Below are positions 16,617-24,459 of a stretch of DNA of 43,400 nucleotides, in pieces. The stretch is from an uncultured Candidatus Saccharibacteria bacterium (GTDB taxonomy: Bacteria; Patescibacteriota; WWE3; UBA101185; UBA10185). The position numbers were made by a program, and so were the translations under genes. The DNA is taken from the NCBI GenBank assembly GCA_964638225.1, contig CAZWYL010000001.1:29342-72741 (forward strand), read 5' to 3'. The notes under the pieces are model-generated. The model did no database searches. It had not been told where the DNA came from and saw only the letters and a program-made list of their open reading frames with translations. The first letter of the stretch is position 1; the number at the start of each line of letters is the position of its first letter.

Positions 16617-17770
16617 TTTTGCTTGTTTTCCTTCCAAACCCGTGTCAAATATTTATGTCTCCACTTCTTTTCAGATAAAGATACGTCATCATCATACATT
16701 TTCTCTGATAAAGTACCCTTCCGAGGAGAATACATAGCAATAAAGGCAACATTAAATTTTACTCTGTTAAAAAGAGCAACTGTATCCATAAATTGTTCAC
16801 GAGTTTCACTGGGGAAGCCAACAATTATGTCTGTACCTAATTCTACATTTGGTTTCACCTTCTTTATTTTCTCAATCAACTCATAAAATTCTTCAACCGT
16901 GTGACGCCGATTCATCTTCTTAAGGACGTCGTTATTCCCAGATTGAACTGCAACATGGAGATAATTATCTATCTTCGGTAATTTTAAAATTTCAACTAAA
17001 TCGTTTGTAAAATCAAATGGGTTGGACGATAAGAACGAGAGCTTCTCAATTCCCGCAAGATTATGCACTCTCCTTACTAACTCAGTAAAAGGAAGTTTTT
17101 TGTCATCCCCTATCCTCACTTTACGCTTTTCTTCAGTAGACAGCCCCCATGAATTAACATTTTGCCCACAGAGAGTAATATGATCTATTCCCTGCTTTGT
17201 GAGTAATTTAACCTCTTTCAAAATATCTTCTTCTGAACGTGAAATTTCCTTTCCCCTTGCGTAAGGAACTACACAATAAGAGCAAAAATTATCGCAACCG
17301 TAAGAAATATTTACATAGCCTTTTGAAGAATCCACTAATATACCAGAGGAATTCTTAAAGTCAGCAAAATCTGTATTTCTAATTAAGTTTTGCGCTTCCA
17401 AATGATCAGGAAGGGTGAGCAATTCGGAAGGACTTAGATACAAGTCAACCCAAGGTGTTCGCTCATCAAGTTCTTTAAAAGGATATAATACTCTCCCGCC
17501 TTTAACCGAACCAACCATACAACCCGCTAAAACAACGAAGGGTCTGCCCTCTAGCTGATTCAGCTTCTTTGCCAAACCATAGACCTTATCTTCACTTTTT
17601 TGTCTTACAGAACAGGAATTAATTACAAAAAGGTCGCACTCTTCTAAACTTCCAGCAGATTCCATACCCAAAATTTCTAGAACAGAAGTTAGGCGTGAAG
17701 AATCGGATTCATTAGCCTGACAACCAAAGGTTTTTATATAAAATTTTTTTGGGGAGTAAATTTTCTTCAC
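16613..17770 (-). CDS. miaB: Radical-SAM methylthiotransferase, MiaB-like, lacking the C-terminal TRAM domain
   Basis: MTTase N-domain FYIKTFGCQANESDS and radical-SAM CDNFCSYCVVPYARGKE. The protein ends about 20 aa after ...YSPRKGT.... GTG start. Confidence 0.85.
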   Translation of the reverse strand: MKKIYSPKKFYIKTFGCQANESDSSRLTSVLEILGMESAGSLEECDLFVINSCSVRQKSEDKVYGLAKKLNQLEGRPFVVLAGCMVGSVKGGRVLYPFKELDERTPWVDLYLSPSELLTLPDHLEAQNLIRNTDFADFKNSSGILVDSSKGYVNISYGCDNFCSYCVVPYARGKEISRSEEDILKEVKLLTKQGIDHITLCGQNVNSWGLSTEEKRKVRIGDDKKLPFTELVRRVHNLAGIEKLSFLSSNPFDFTNDLVEILKLPKIDNYLHVAVQSGNNDVLKKMNRRHTVEEFYELIEKIKKVKPNVELGTDIIVGFPSETREQFMDTVALFNRVKFNVAFIAMYSPRKGTLSEKMYDDDVSLSEKKWRHKYLTRVWKENKQK

Positions 17771-17776
17771 ACGCGC

Positions 17777-17785
17777 ATTATAGCA
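17777..17785 (-). promoter_or_regulatory. Extended -10 promoter (TGcTATAAT) 6 nt upstream of the miaB GTG
   Basis: The reverse complement reads TGCTATAAT-gcgcgt-GTG. Confidence 0.5.
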
Positions 17786-17790
17786 GGGCT

Positions 17791-18516
17791 TTAGGAATTT
17801 TCTTCAGAAGCTGAGTATTTCTCAAGTAAGAATTCTTTACGAGTTTTATCCAGATTTCCCGGAAATTTTGTGAAATCCTCAACATAAGCTAGCACATTAG
17901 AAGGAAAATCTTTCTCTGAAAAGCGGTGCCAATCCCAAATAACTATGACATCCATCTTTGCCTTATCTGCAGATTTTGCCCCCTCCGGTGAATCTTCAAA
18001 AACAAGAAGTTCCTCGGGCTTCAACTCCATATTATTTGACGCAAGCTTGTAAATTTCCGGGTGAGGCTTCTTTTTTTTGACATCATCCCCGTAAATAATG
18101 GTATTAAAAGAATTTCCAATTCCCACCTTCTCCACTACCCTACTGCCAACATCTCTGTCTGTATTTGTAACTAAACCAAGTTTAAACTTCTTCTCTTCTC
18201 TCAGCACATGAGAAAAGTGCCAAAAACCCTCTTTAACTTCCACTCCCTCAGTTTCAACAAATTTAAGAAACTCACTCTTGGTTTGTCTTACCAGTTGTTC
18301 CATAGACACCCCCGGACTCCTACCTACAAAATTTAAATAATCACTCCATACAACGGGAATGTCCTTGCCGGAAATGAAGTTTTTACCTTTCCATTCAATG
18401 TCAAGATTGGAAGCAACCTCCTCAAATGCTTTATTCCAGAGATCTGAGGATTCAATTACAGTACCGTCCAAATCAAAAACTACTCCTTTTTTGTCTAAAA
18501 AGAATTGCTTAAACAT
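17791..18516 (-). CDS. HAD-superfamily hydrolase (beta-phosphoglucomutase/phosphatase-like, subfamily IA)
   Basis: Motif I VVFDLDGTVIES, motif II LVTNT, KKKKPHPEIY, motif IV FEDSPEGAKSA. Confidence 0.8.
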   Translation of the reverse strand: MFKQFFLDKKGVVFDLDGTVIESSDLWNKAFEEVASNLDIEWKGKNFISGKDIPVVWSDYLNFVGRSPGVSMEQLVRQTKSEFLKFVETEGVEVKEGFWHFSHVLREEKKFKLGLVTNTDRDVGSRVVEKVGIGNSFNTIIYGDDVKKKKPHPEIYKLASNNMELKPEELLVFEDSPEGAKSADKAKMDVIVIWDWHRFSEKDFPSNVLAYVEDFTKFPGNLDKTRKEFLLEKYSASEENS

Positions 18517-18696
18517 CTAAAGGTTAGTTCCTTCTTCCTTTATGGCTTTAATAATTGCATGGACGGCGGCAATAGGACCTCCTATCAAATTAATAGGAAA
18601 TAAATACCACCGAGCACTAGCCCAAAAGGTAACATAGATTGCATAGATAAAGCCTAGAAATAAATACAGATAAATAAAGTTTAAAAAGTATTGCAC
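18517..18696 (-). CDS. Possible 59-aa hydrophobic mini-protein (GTG start)
   Basis: Hand translation gives VQYFLNFIYLYLFLGFIYAIYVTFWASARWYLFPINLIGGPIAAVHAIIKAIKEEGTNL*. The stop abuts the HAD start codon. It has a non-ATG start and no supporting SD or spacing. Confidence 0.3.
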   Translation of the reverse strand: MQYFLNFIYLYLFLGFIYAIYVTFWASARWYLFPINLIGGPIAAVHAIIKAIKEEGTNL

Positions 18697-18718
18697 AATT
18701 ATAGATTAACAGAGGCAG

Positions 18719-19036
18719 TTGAGTGCGTCAAAGAGTTCAGATAAACTAATATACATGAGTAACTTAAAAACCAAAGACCAAACAAATTTAGTCAATGAAA
18801 GCGAAGATAAAGAGGAGATTCTGGGTAGTAAAACCGCAGTATTTAATTGCCCAAACTGTGGTAAATTAACCCAAGATGAGGTGATTTTTAATTGCAACAT
18901 CTGCGGACAAGCGGAACTTATTTTCAAAGAAGGCGTTTATATGTGTCCTCAATGTCTTGTCCCAGGAGAAAACTTTGAATGCATGGAGTGCGGAAATAAA
19001 AAAGTTACTTTGAACTTTAAGAAAAACCCAGATTAA
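18719..19036 (+). CDS. Double zinc-ribbon protein (four CxxC pairs)
   Basis: CPNC...CNIC...CPQC...CMEC. The track start is TTG; an ATG at 18755 (MSNLKTK...) is an alternative. Confidence 0.55.
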   Translation: MSASKSSDKLIYMSNLKTKDQTNLVNESEDKEEILGSKTAVFNCPNCGKLTQDEVIFNCNICGQAELIFKEGVYMCPQCLVPGENFECMECGNKKVTLNFKKNPD

Positions 19037-19037
19037 A

Positions 19038-19460
19038 TTAAGATTTTGAATCCTTCTCACGAAAATATCTTTTTAGTATTACTGCAGCCGAGTAGTGATC
19101 TTTTGTCTGCCTACTTTTCTGAGGTACTCCAGAATTTAACATAACTTTAGATGCCTTTTTAGTTGTAGAGTGTTCATCTATGAAAGTTACTGGTTTTTTT
19201 GATTTAATTTTCAAAATTTTTGCAAACTTTCTGGTCTTGAGTGATTGCGGGGTTTCCTTACCCTCAAAAGTTAGAGGCAAACCTAAAACCAACTCATCCA
19301 CATTATAGTCCCTAATTATGTGTAAAATTTTGGCAGCGGCAGCATTTGAATTTTTCCCGGATATGACATGTAAAGGCTTCGCGGCCCCCGCCCTGCCAAA
19401 AGCCAAACCTATGTTTGCTTCACCATAATCTATACCTAAAACACTTTCCACCTTGGCCAT
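19038..19460 (-). CDS. ruvX: Holliday-junction-resolvase-like / pre-16S rRNA nuclease YqgF (RuvX)
   Basis: N-terminal LGIDYGEANIGLAF, 140 aa. A strong GAGGAGGG SD lies inside the end of the upstream gene. Confidence 0.85.
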   Translation of the reverse strand: MAKVESVLGIDYGEANIGLAFGRAGAAKPLHVISGKNSNAAAAKILHIIRDYNVDELVLGLPLTFEGKETPQSLKTRKFAKILKIKSKKPVTFIDEHSTTKKASKVMLNSGVPQKSRQTKDHYSAAVILKRYFREKDSKS

Positions 19461-21011
19461 TTAACCCTCCTCTATTTCAATTAAAATTTTATCTGTATCC
19501 TTGGGAATTGTTGATTTAAAAGGTACGCCGGGAGAGAGGTTCAATTCATATGTGGAAACACTGTTCATACTACCAATTTCCCTTTGAACATCTTCTATGG
19601 AAGCTCCAGCCAACTCCTTCTTAAGAGCGGCTATGTCGATATCAGGTACTACTGTTGTTTTAACCGTAACCTGCAAATCAGCCGTTGTAGCACTCAACAC
19701 AGTATCTTCAGTTCTCCCTAAAACTTCAACATTTAATGTGTGTTTCCCTCCCGAAAGTGAGTACTCTTCAGGCACATACTCGCCCAATATATTCATTATT
19801 AATTGATCCAATTCCTTTTCAGGGTATGTTAAAGCGGAAACTCCTAAAGACTGTCTTACAAAAATCTCTTCTGCCTCATCCTCAACTTCGTGGCTTATTT
19901 CCGGTTCCTCCCAATTCTCACTTCCCGAACCCTGAATCATTTTATACCCCAAAGGAATTACCTCCTCCAGGGCTGGCTCAGCTTTAGGAGCTAATTTAGT
20001 CCGTACTTTCTCCAGTAGAACTGTTATGTCTTCTTCGGAAACAATTGCTATATATTCCTCGGAACCACCTTCAAAATCACCGTCGGATTTAGCAACCAAT
20101 TCAGATCTTTCATAGCCATTAAACTCTAAAGTTTTCCCATCGTCTATATTATATTTCTCACCAATCTCTAAAGCCTCGACCTCAGCAGCAGCTTCCCCCG
20201 GAGTCATGGGACTTGCGGGGTCTTCCGGAATTTCATAAGACAGGGGCGGCACTGTTACATCCTCGGTCAATATAAAAACTAAACCCTCATCATCACCCTT
20301 ATAAACAACTTCCGTGCCTTCCTCTAAATCAATCTCTTCCTCCATTCTATTGTAGGTACTAATGGTTCCTACAGCCTTCTCCCCCACAATTCTTTCTCCA
20401 GTAGTTTCAATACTAGTTTCTTCAAATAAAACAGTGGAAACTATCTTACCTTCTAAAGTTTTTTCTTCGGCATTTGTAGTTTCTTCGGAATCAACTCGTA
20501 CAGTTAGACTGCGTGCAATAGGTTCAGCTTTAGTAATAAGCTTTATATAGGCCTTTTGAGAAGAAACATAACGATTAACTCCATAAACTCCCACTAAAAC
20601 TACAAGCATCAGGATACCTAGCAGTACAAAGTTCAACTTAAAAGAGAAATTAGTTAAATTTGGCTTTGGTATTTTTGGAAGATTCTTCAGAGAGACAAAA
20701 CTAAAAATAGATTTCATACTAGAAAGAAAACCCTCGGAATCTCTTGTCTCAACAGCATATACCTCACTAAAATCAGCGGAGTCGGAAGTCTTTATCTGGT
20801 TAATAAGCTCCGTGCCATAAACATCATCTGTTTCAAAATTTACGGTCTTGCCTAGTTTTTCTAAACTGGAGATCAAGAATTGTAAATTTAGCCTGTTTTG
20901 CAAAATTAATGCACCGGAAGGAATAAAAACATCTATCTCAGACTCCTTAACCTTAGCTAACTCCGATAAGATCGTATAGACGTCTTTCATTTTTGCCACT
21001 TTATAAATCAT
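19461..21011 (-). CDS. Hypothetical bitopic membrane protein: cytoplasmic N-domain of about 125 aa, one TM, acidic extracytoplasmic domain of about 370 aa
   Basis: 516-aa ORF with TM FVLLGILMLVVLVGVYGV. It has an ATGA overlap with the upstream actin-fold gene and a TAA-ATG junction with ruvX. Confidence 0.7.
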   Translation of the reverse strand: MIYKVAKMKDVYTILSELAKVKESEIDVFIPSGALILQNRLNLQFLISSLEKLGKTVNFETDDVYGTELINQIKTSDSADFSEVYAVETRDSEGFLSSMKSIFSFVSLKNLPKIPKPNLTNFSFKLNFVLLGILMLVVLVGVYGVNRYVSSQKAYIKLITKAEPIARSLTVRVDSEETTNAEEKTLEGKIVSTVLFEETSIETTGERIVGEKAVGTISTYNRMEEEIDLEEGTEVVYKGDDEGLVFILTEDVTVPPLSYEIPEDPASPMTPGEAAAEVEALEIGEKYNIDDGKTLEFNGYERSELVAKSDGDFEGGSEEYIAIVSEEDITVLLEKVRTKLAPKAEPALEEVIPLGYKMIQGSGSENWEEPEISHEVEDEAEEIFVRQSLGVSALTYPEKELDQLIMNILGEYVPEEYSLSGGKHTLNVEVLGRTEDTVLSATTADLQVTVKTTVVPDIDIAALKKELAGASIEDVQREIGSMNSVSTYELNLSPGVPFKSTIPKDTDKILIEIEEG

Positions 21012-22240
21012 TTTTGTTCTTCCCGCATTTTATAATAAATATTAGATAAAGCTAGGGGCAAGGTCCAGGACAATGAGGAAGCTTCGCCTGATAAGTCTGA
21101 AATCTCTACTAATTTAGCAGAAGCAGAGATTTTCTCAAAATTGGGGGGCGCTTTAAAGGGAATCGACTTATACCAGGGCTCCGTAGAAAGCAATTGGAAA
21201 AGATCTGAAATTTCAAAACCCGAACCTACAACTAAAACTTTTGAAGAAAATGTTTTAATTCCCGTAAAGTCAAAGAAAACGGCATTTAAAGCTTGTGACC
21301 AGATAACAAAAAACTGTCTTATTACCTTCTGTACTTCTACTGCGATTGAAGAATCAAGAGTACCTTTTTTATACTTCTCTAAAACCTCTTGAGCCTCATC
21401 ATAATGTAAATCAAGCTTAGAAGAAATTTGATTCAAGATAGAGATAACACCCATATTAATAAATCTAGATCCCACTAGTCCATCTCCAAAAGCCACGGAT
21501 ACCTCTGTAAAGGCTGTGTCCAAGTTAACCAAGACACAGTTGCGATAGCTTGAATTAAGCTCTCTAAGTGAACTATAGAGCGCGTAACTCATTGAAGAAA
21601 CTGTTATAATTTTAAGTCCCAGCTTTTTAGCAACACGCTGTAATTTTCGCAGATAGAAATCTTCGGCAAAAGATCCAAACCAAGAAATTTCCAGTTCCCT
21701 ACCTTCCAAACCTATGGGATCTCTCGTAAGAGTGCCGTCAATCTTCCTGGATATATCCGCGGAGGCTATTAATTCTAAGTTAGAATCCATGTCACCTTTT
21801 TGAGTTACTAAAAGATCCTGTGCTCTGAAAAAAGCGTTTTTATGAGCTTGTTCCAAAAGTTCCGTAACCTGATCTTCTACAAAGCGCTCTTTAGCAGGTG
21901 TTTCTAATCTGACTACAGACATAAGATCAATACAATGATCTGAAGAAATACCAAACAGTACTTGTTGAGGTAATTCTGAATAATCTTCGCGCATTTCAGA
22001 AAGAATATCTTCCAAAGTTTCTATAAGATAGGCTTCTCTATCGTCCTGGTCAAATAAACCACCCGATGTTATAAATCTGGAAACAGCGCCAACAACTTGG
22101 GCTTTTACACCGCCGCTGTCGGGAGAGCTTATCATTTCAAAATAAGCCACTTGAACTTTAAATGGATCAAACTTTATCACCAAAAAGTTATCCTCCGAGG
22201 TTCTTTTTTTCTTGAAATCAAGGAAAGGCAGTTTAAACAT
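21008..22240 (-). CDS. FtsA/PilM-like actin-fold protein with degenerate nucleotide-binding motifs
   Basis: CVLVNLDTAFTEVSVAFGDGLVGSRFINMGVISI aligns with the FtsA/PilM (v)DIGGGTTD..v..G......iGG block. KVLVVGSGFEISDL aligns with the adenosine motif. The phosphate-1 DIG motif is replaced by KFDPFK. Confidence 0.6.
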   Translation of the reverse strand: MFKLPFLDFKKKRTSEDNFLVIKFDPFKVQVAYFEMISSPDSGGVKAQVVGAVSRFITSGGLFDQDDREAYLIETLEDILSEMREDYSELPQQVLFGISSDHCIDLMSVVRLETPAKERFVEDQVTELLEQAHKNAFFRAQDLLVTQKGDMDSNLELIASADISRKIDGTLTRDPIGLEGRELEISWFGSFAEDFYLRKLQRVAKKLGLKIITVSSMSYALYSSLRELNSSYRNCVLVNLDTAFTEVSVAFGDGLVGSRFINMGVISILNQISSKLDLHYDEAQEVLEKYKKGTLDSSIAVEVQKVIRQFFVIWSQALNAVFFDFTGIKTFSSKVLVVGSGFEISDLFQLLSTEPWYKSIPFKAPPNFEKISASAKLVEISDLSGEASSLSWTLPLALSNIYYKMREEQK

Positions 22241-22247
22241 TGTTTAA

Positions 22248-22253
22248 ATTATA
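22248..22253 (-). promoter_or_regulatory. -10 box TATAAT 7 nt upstream of the FtsA-like ATG (leaderless arrangement)
   Basis: The reverse complement reads ttgTATAAT-ttaaaca-ATG, within the 43-nt gap after the 720-aa gene. Confidence 0.4.
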
Positions 22254-22283
22254 CAAAAGCCTGTAATGTTTTGCTAACCGGAG

Positions 22284-24446
22284 TTATTTACCTTCTAGTA
22301 TTAAATTATGACTCTCCTCCCCCTCCTCATTCGTACGCTCACCTTCTTCTCCAAATTCAGCCTCTGCTCCATTCTCCTCCCCAACCTCATCATAAACAAC
22401 AGCTTCATTAACATCTCTTTCAAAATTATTTATTAAATCCTTAAGTTCTTGAGGGGTTTCCGGAATTTTATCGGGATTTTGCCTCAAATCCTCGAGAATC
22501 ACCAAACCCTGAGAAGAAAAAGCGGACAACTTAGCCATTCGCAGTTCCATCTCATTCCTAACTCGATCAACCTCTCTCAAAAGCAACTCCGGATCCTCTT
22601 CCAGATCAATACCTCTTTGGATTAAATTCCTCCTCGCAATTCTAAGATACTCGTTTCTCCTGCCGTAAATAGATAGAAACTTCAAGTATCCATTTCTTAT
22701 ATTTTCTTGAACCTTTTCTAGTTCAGAATACCTATCCTCGGGATCGTCTAAATCCATCTCTTCCAAACCTTCAAAACTTTCCTCAAAATGCGCCAACTGC
22801 AAATGAGCCATAAACCAAGCTTTCTGTGGGTCTGATTCCACCTGGTTTACGTGACTCTCGGCCGTCGATACAACTACTGGAGACTCCCGCTCATCCTCTG
22901 GTTGAGATTCTTGCTCCCGCTCAAAATTATCTCTCTCTTGAGCATTCTTCACCTTCTCATATTTCAACCCTACTCTCTCAAAACTTGCAACAGTTCTCTT
23001 TAAATTACGCCTCCAAGTATTATATTGCTGTGCATCCAGAGGTAACCAACAAGCTTTCTTCTTAATATCCTCGCCCTCTTTATACTCACGAATTACGGGA
23101 ACTTTGTAGAATCCGTCTTCTTGTTCACAACACTCTAATTGCCACAAAAGTTCCTGTGCCTTAACAATGGAATTTGCACCGGACTCCAAAGAATAAATAG
23201 TTTGGTAATAATAACCTTCCTCACCCGAAGATTCGCCTATTGCCAAACCCATATCCTCCCCCTTGGTCTTCACTTCAGAAAATGTGCTTCTTGCTACCTT
23301 AACTTTAACAAACTTTTCTTCAAACTCTCCGGATAACGCGGCGGGGACTTTAACAGTTTCATCACGTAGAAAGAAAAATTGCGGGGGCTTTACTTCCTTA
23401 TTTCTAAAAAACCCCTTAGTATAATCCCGCATGGGGTTTCCTTCTGAATCCACACCTTGAGTATTAATAACAAATCCTTCATCTTCCTTCACTTTTGCCC
23501 CCCAATTTCTGAAACCCTCTTTAAATTTCCTTTTATATCCCTCAGTTGTACGCTGCTCAAATACAGCTTCTTCTCCGCCCTCACCTCCGGTAGACTCCTC
23601 ACTTGCCTCTTCTGCCTCCTCAATCTCATCTTCTGGTATCAAATCTGGCCGTTCAATTGTAAGGGAGAGCGGTTCCCAAGGATGATTATCGGGGGAATGC
23701 TCGCAAAATTCTCTAACAAAACTTTGTAAGCGTTCTTGGCGAGCCTTCCTAACCTCTTCTAACCTACCATCAAAGTCCTCCACTACACTACCGTCCTCTT
23801 CCAAAAAATTCTCTGCATAATCTATAGAAAATACATTTAATTGCTCTTTCAAGTCAGTCAACACTTGCTGCTGTTTTTCAGAAAAACTATCCTCAAGCTC
23901 ATCCAAACTATCCTCATCAGAAACCAAATATGCTAAACCTTCAAAAATCCTTTTCTTAACATCATTTTGCTCCTCCTCATCTGCGATTTCGCTCGCACTT
24001 TCAAGTGAATTCTCAAGAACAACCAAAACTTCCTTATAACCCTGCCTATAATCTAATATTATTGCCTCCGCCTCTTCACTTAGACGCTCGGGTTCGTCCT
24101 CATCAGAAAAAACCTGACAGATTGCATCATAAGCAGTAACCTCCTCTTCTTGGCCCCCAATAGTCATTGTCTTTTTTTCTTCATTAAAATCATGAGAGCT
24201 CACCAATTCTCTAAGCTTTCCTATAGAGTCGCTATAGTCCCGATCTTCTACCTCTCGCTGAGCTAAGATTAGAAAATCCTCTACTTTATCTATTTCTTCG
24301 GGGAAAATCTTTTCCTCAAAATTAGAGGGGAACTCGATAAGATCGAAAATCTCACGGCTTTCCCCTCTAACAAAGGGTTCTACCTTCTCTGGTTCGGTAA
24401 AACTCCTTTCACCATTGGGCTGTAAAGTTGTAATTCCATTTGGCAT
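22284..24446 (-). CDS. Hypothetical 720-aa extremely acidic cytoplasmic protein (ORFan)
   Basis: Long uninterrupted ORF dominated by E/D, with no TM and no recognisable motif. It starts 13 nt after the ATPase gene. Confidence 0.7.
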   Translation of the reverse strand: MPNGITTLQPNGERSFTEPEKVEPFVRGESREIFDLIEFPSNFEEKIFPEEIDKVEDFLILAQREVEDRDYSDSIGKLRELVSSHDFNEEKKTMTIGGQEEEVTAYDAICQVFSDEDEPERLSEEAEAIILDYRQGYKEVLVVLENSLESASEIADEEEQNDVKKRIFEGLAYLVSDEDSLDELEDSFSEKQQQVLTDLKEQLNVFSIDYAENFLEEDGSVVEDFDGRLEEVRKARQERLQSFVREFCEHSPDNHPWEPLSLTIERPDLIPEDEIEEAEEASEESTGGEGGEEAVFEQRTTEGYKRKFKEGFRNWGAKVKEDEGFVINTQGVDSEGNPMRDYTKGFFRNKEVKPPQFFFLRDETVKVPAALSGEFEEKFVKVKVARSTFSEVKTKGEDMGLAIGESSGEEGYYYQTIYSLESGANSIVKAQELLWQLECCEQEDGFYKVPVIREYKEGEDIKKKACWLPLDAQQYNTWRRNLKRTVASFERVGLKYEKVKNAQERDNFEREQESQPEDERESPVVVSTAESHVNQVESDPQKAWFMAHLQLAHFEESFEGLEEMDLDDPEDRYSELEKVQENIRNGYLKFLSIYGRRNEYLRIARRNLIQRGIDLEEDPELLLREVDRVRNEMELRMAKLSAFSSQGLVILEDLRQNPDKIPETPQELKDLINNFERDVNEAVVYDEVGEENGAEAEFGEEGERTNEEGEESHNLILEGK

Positions 24447-24459
24447 AAGTCAATAGTAC

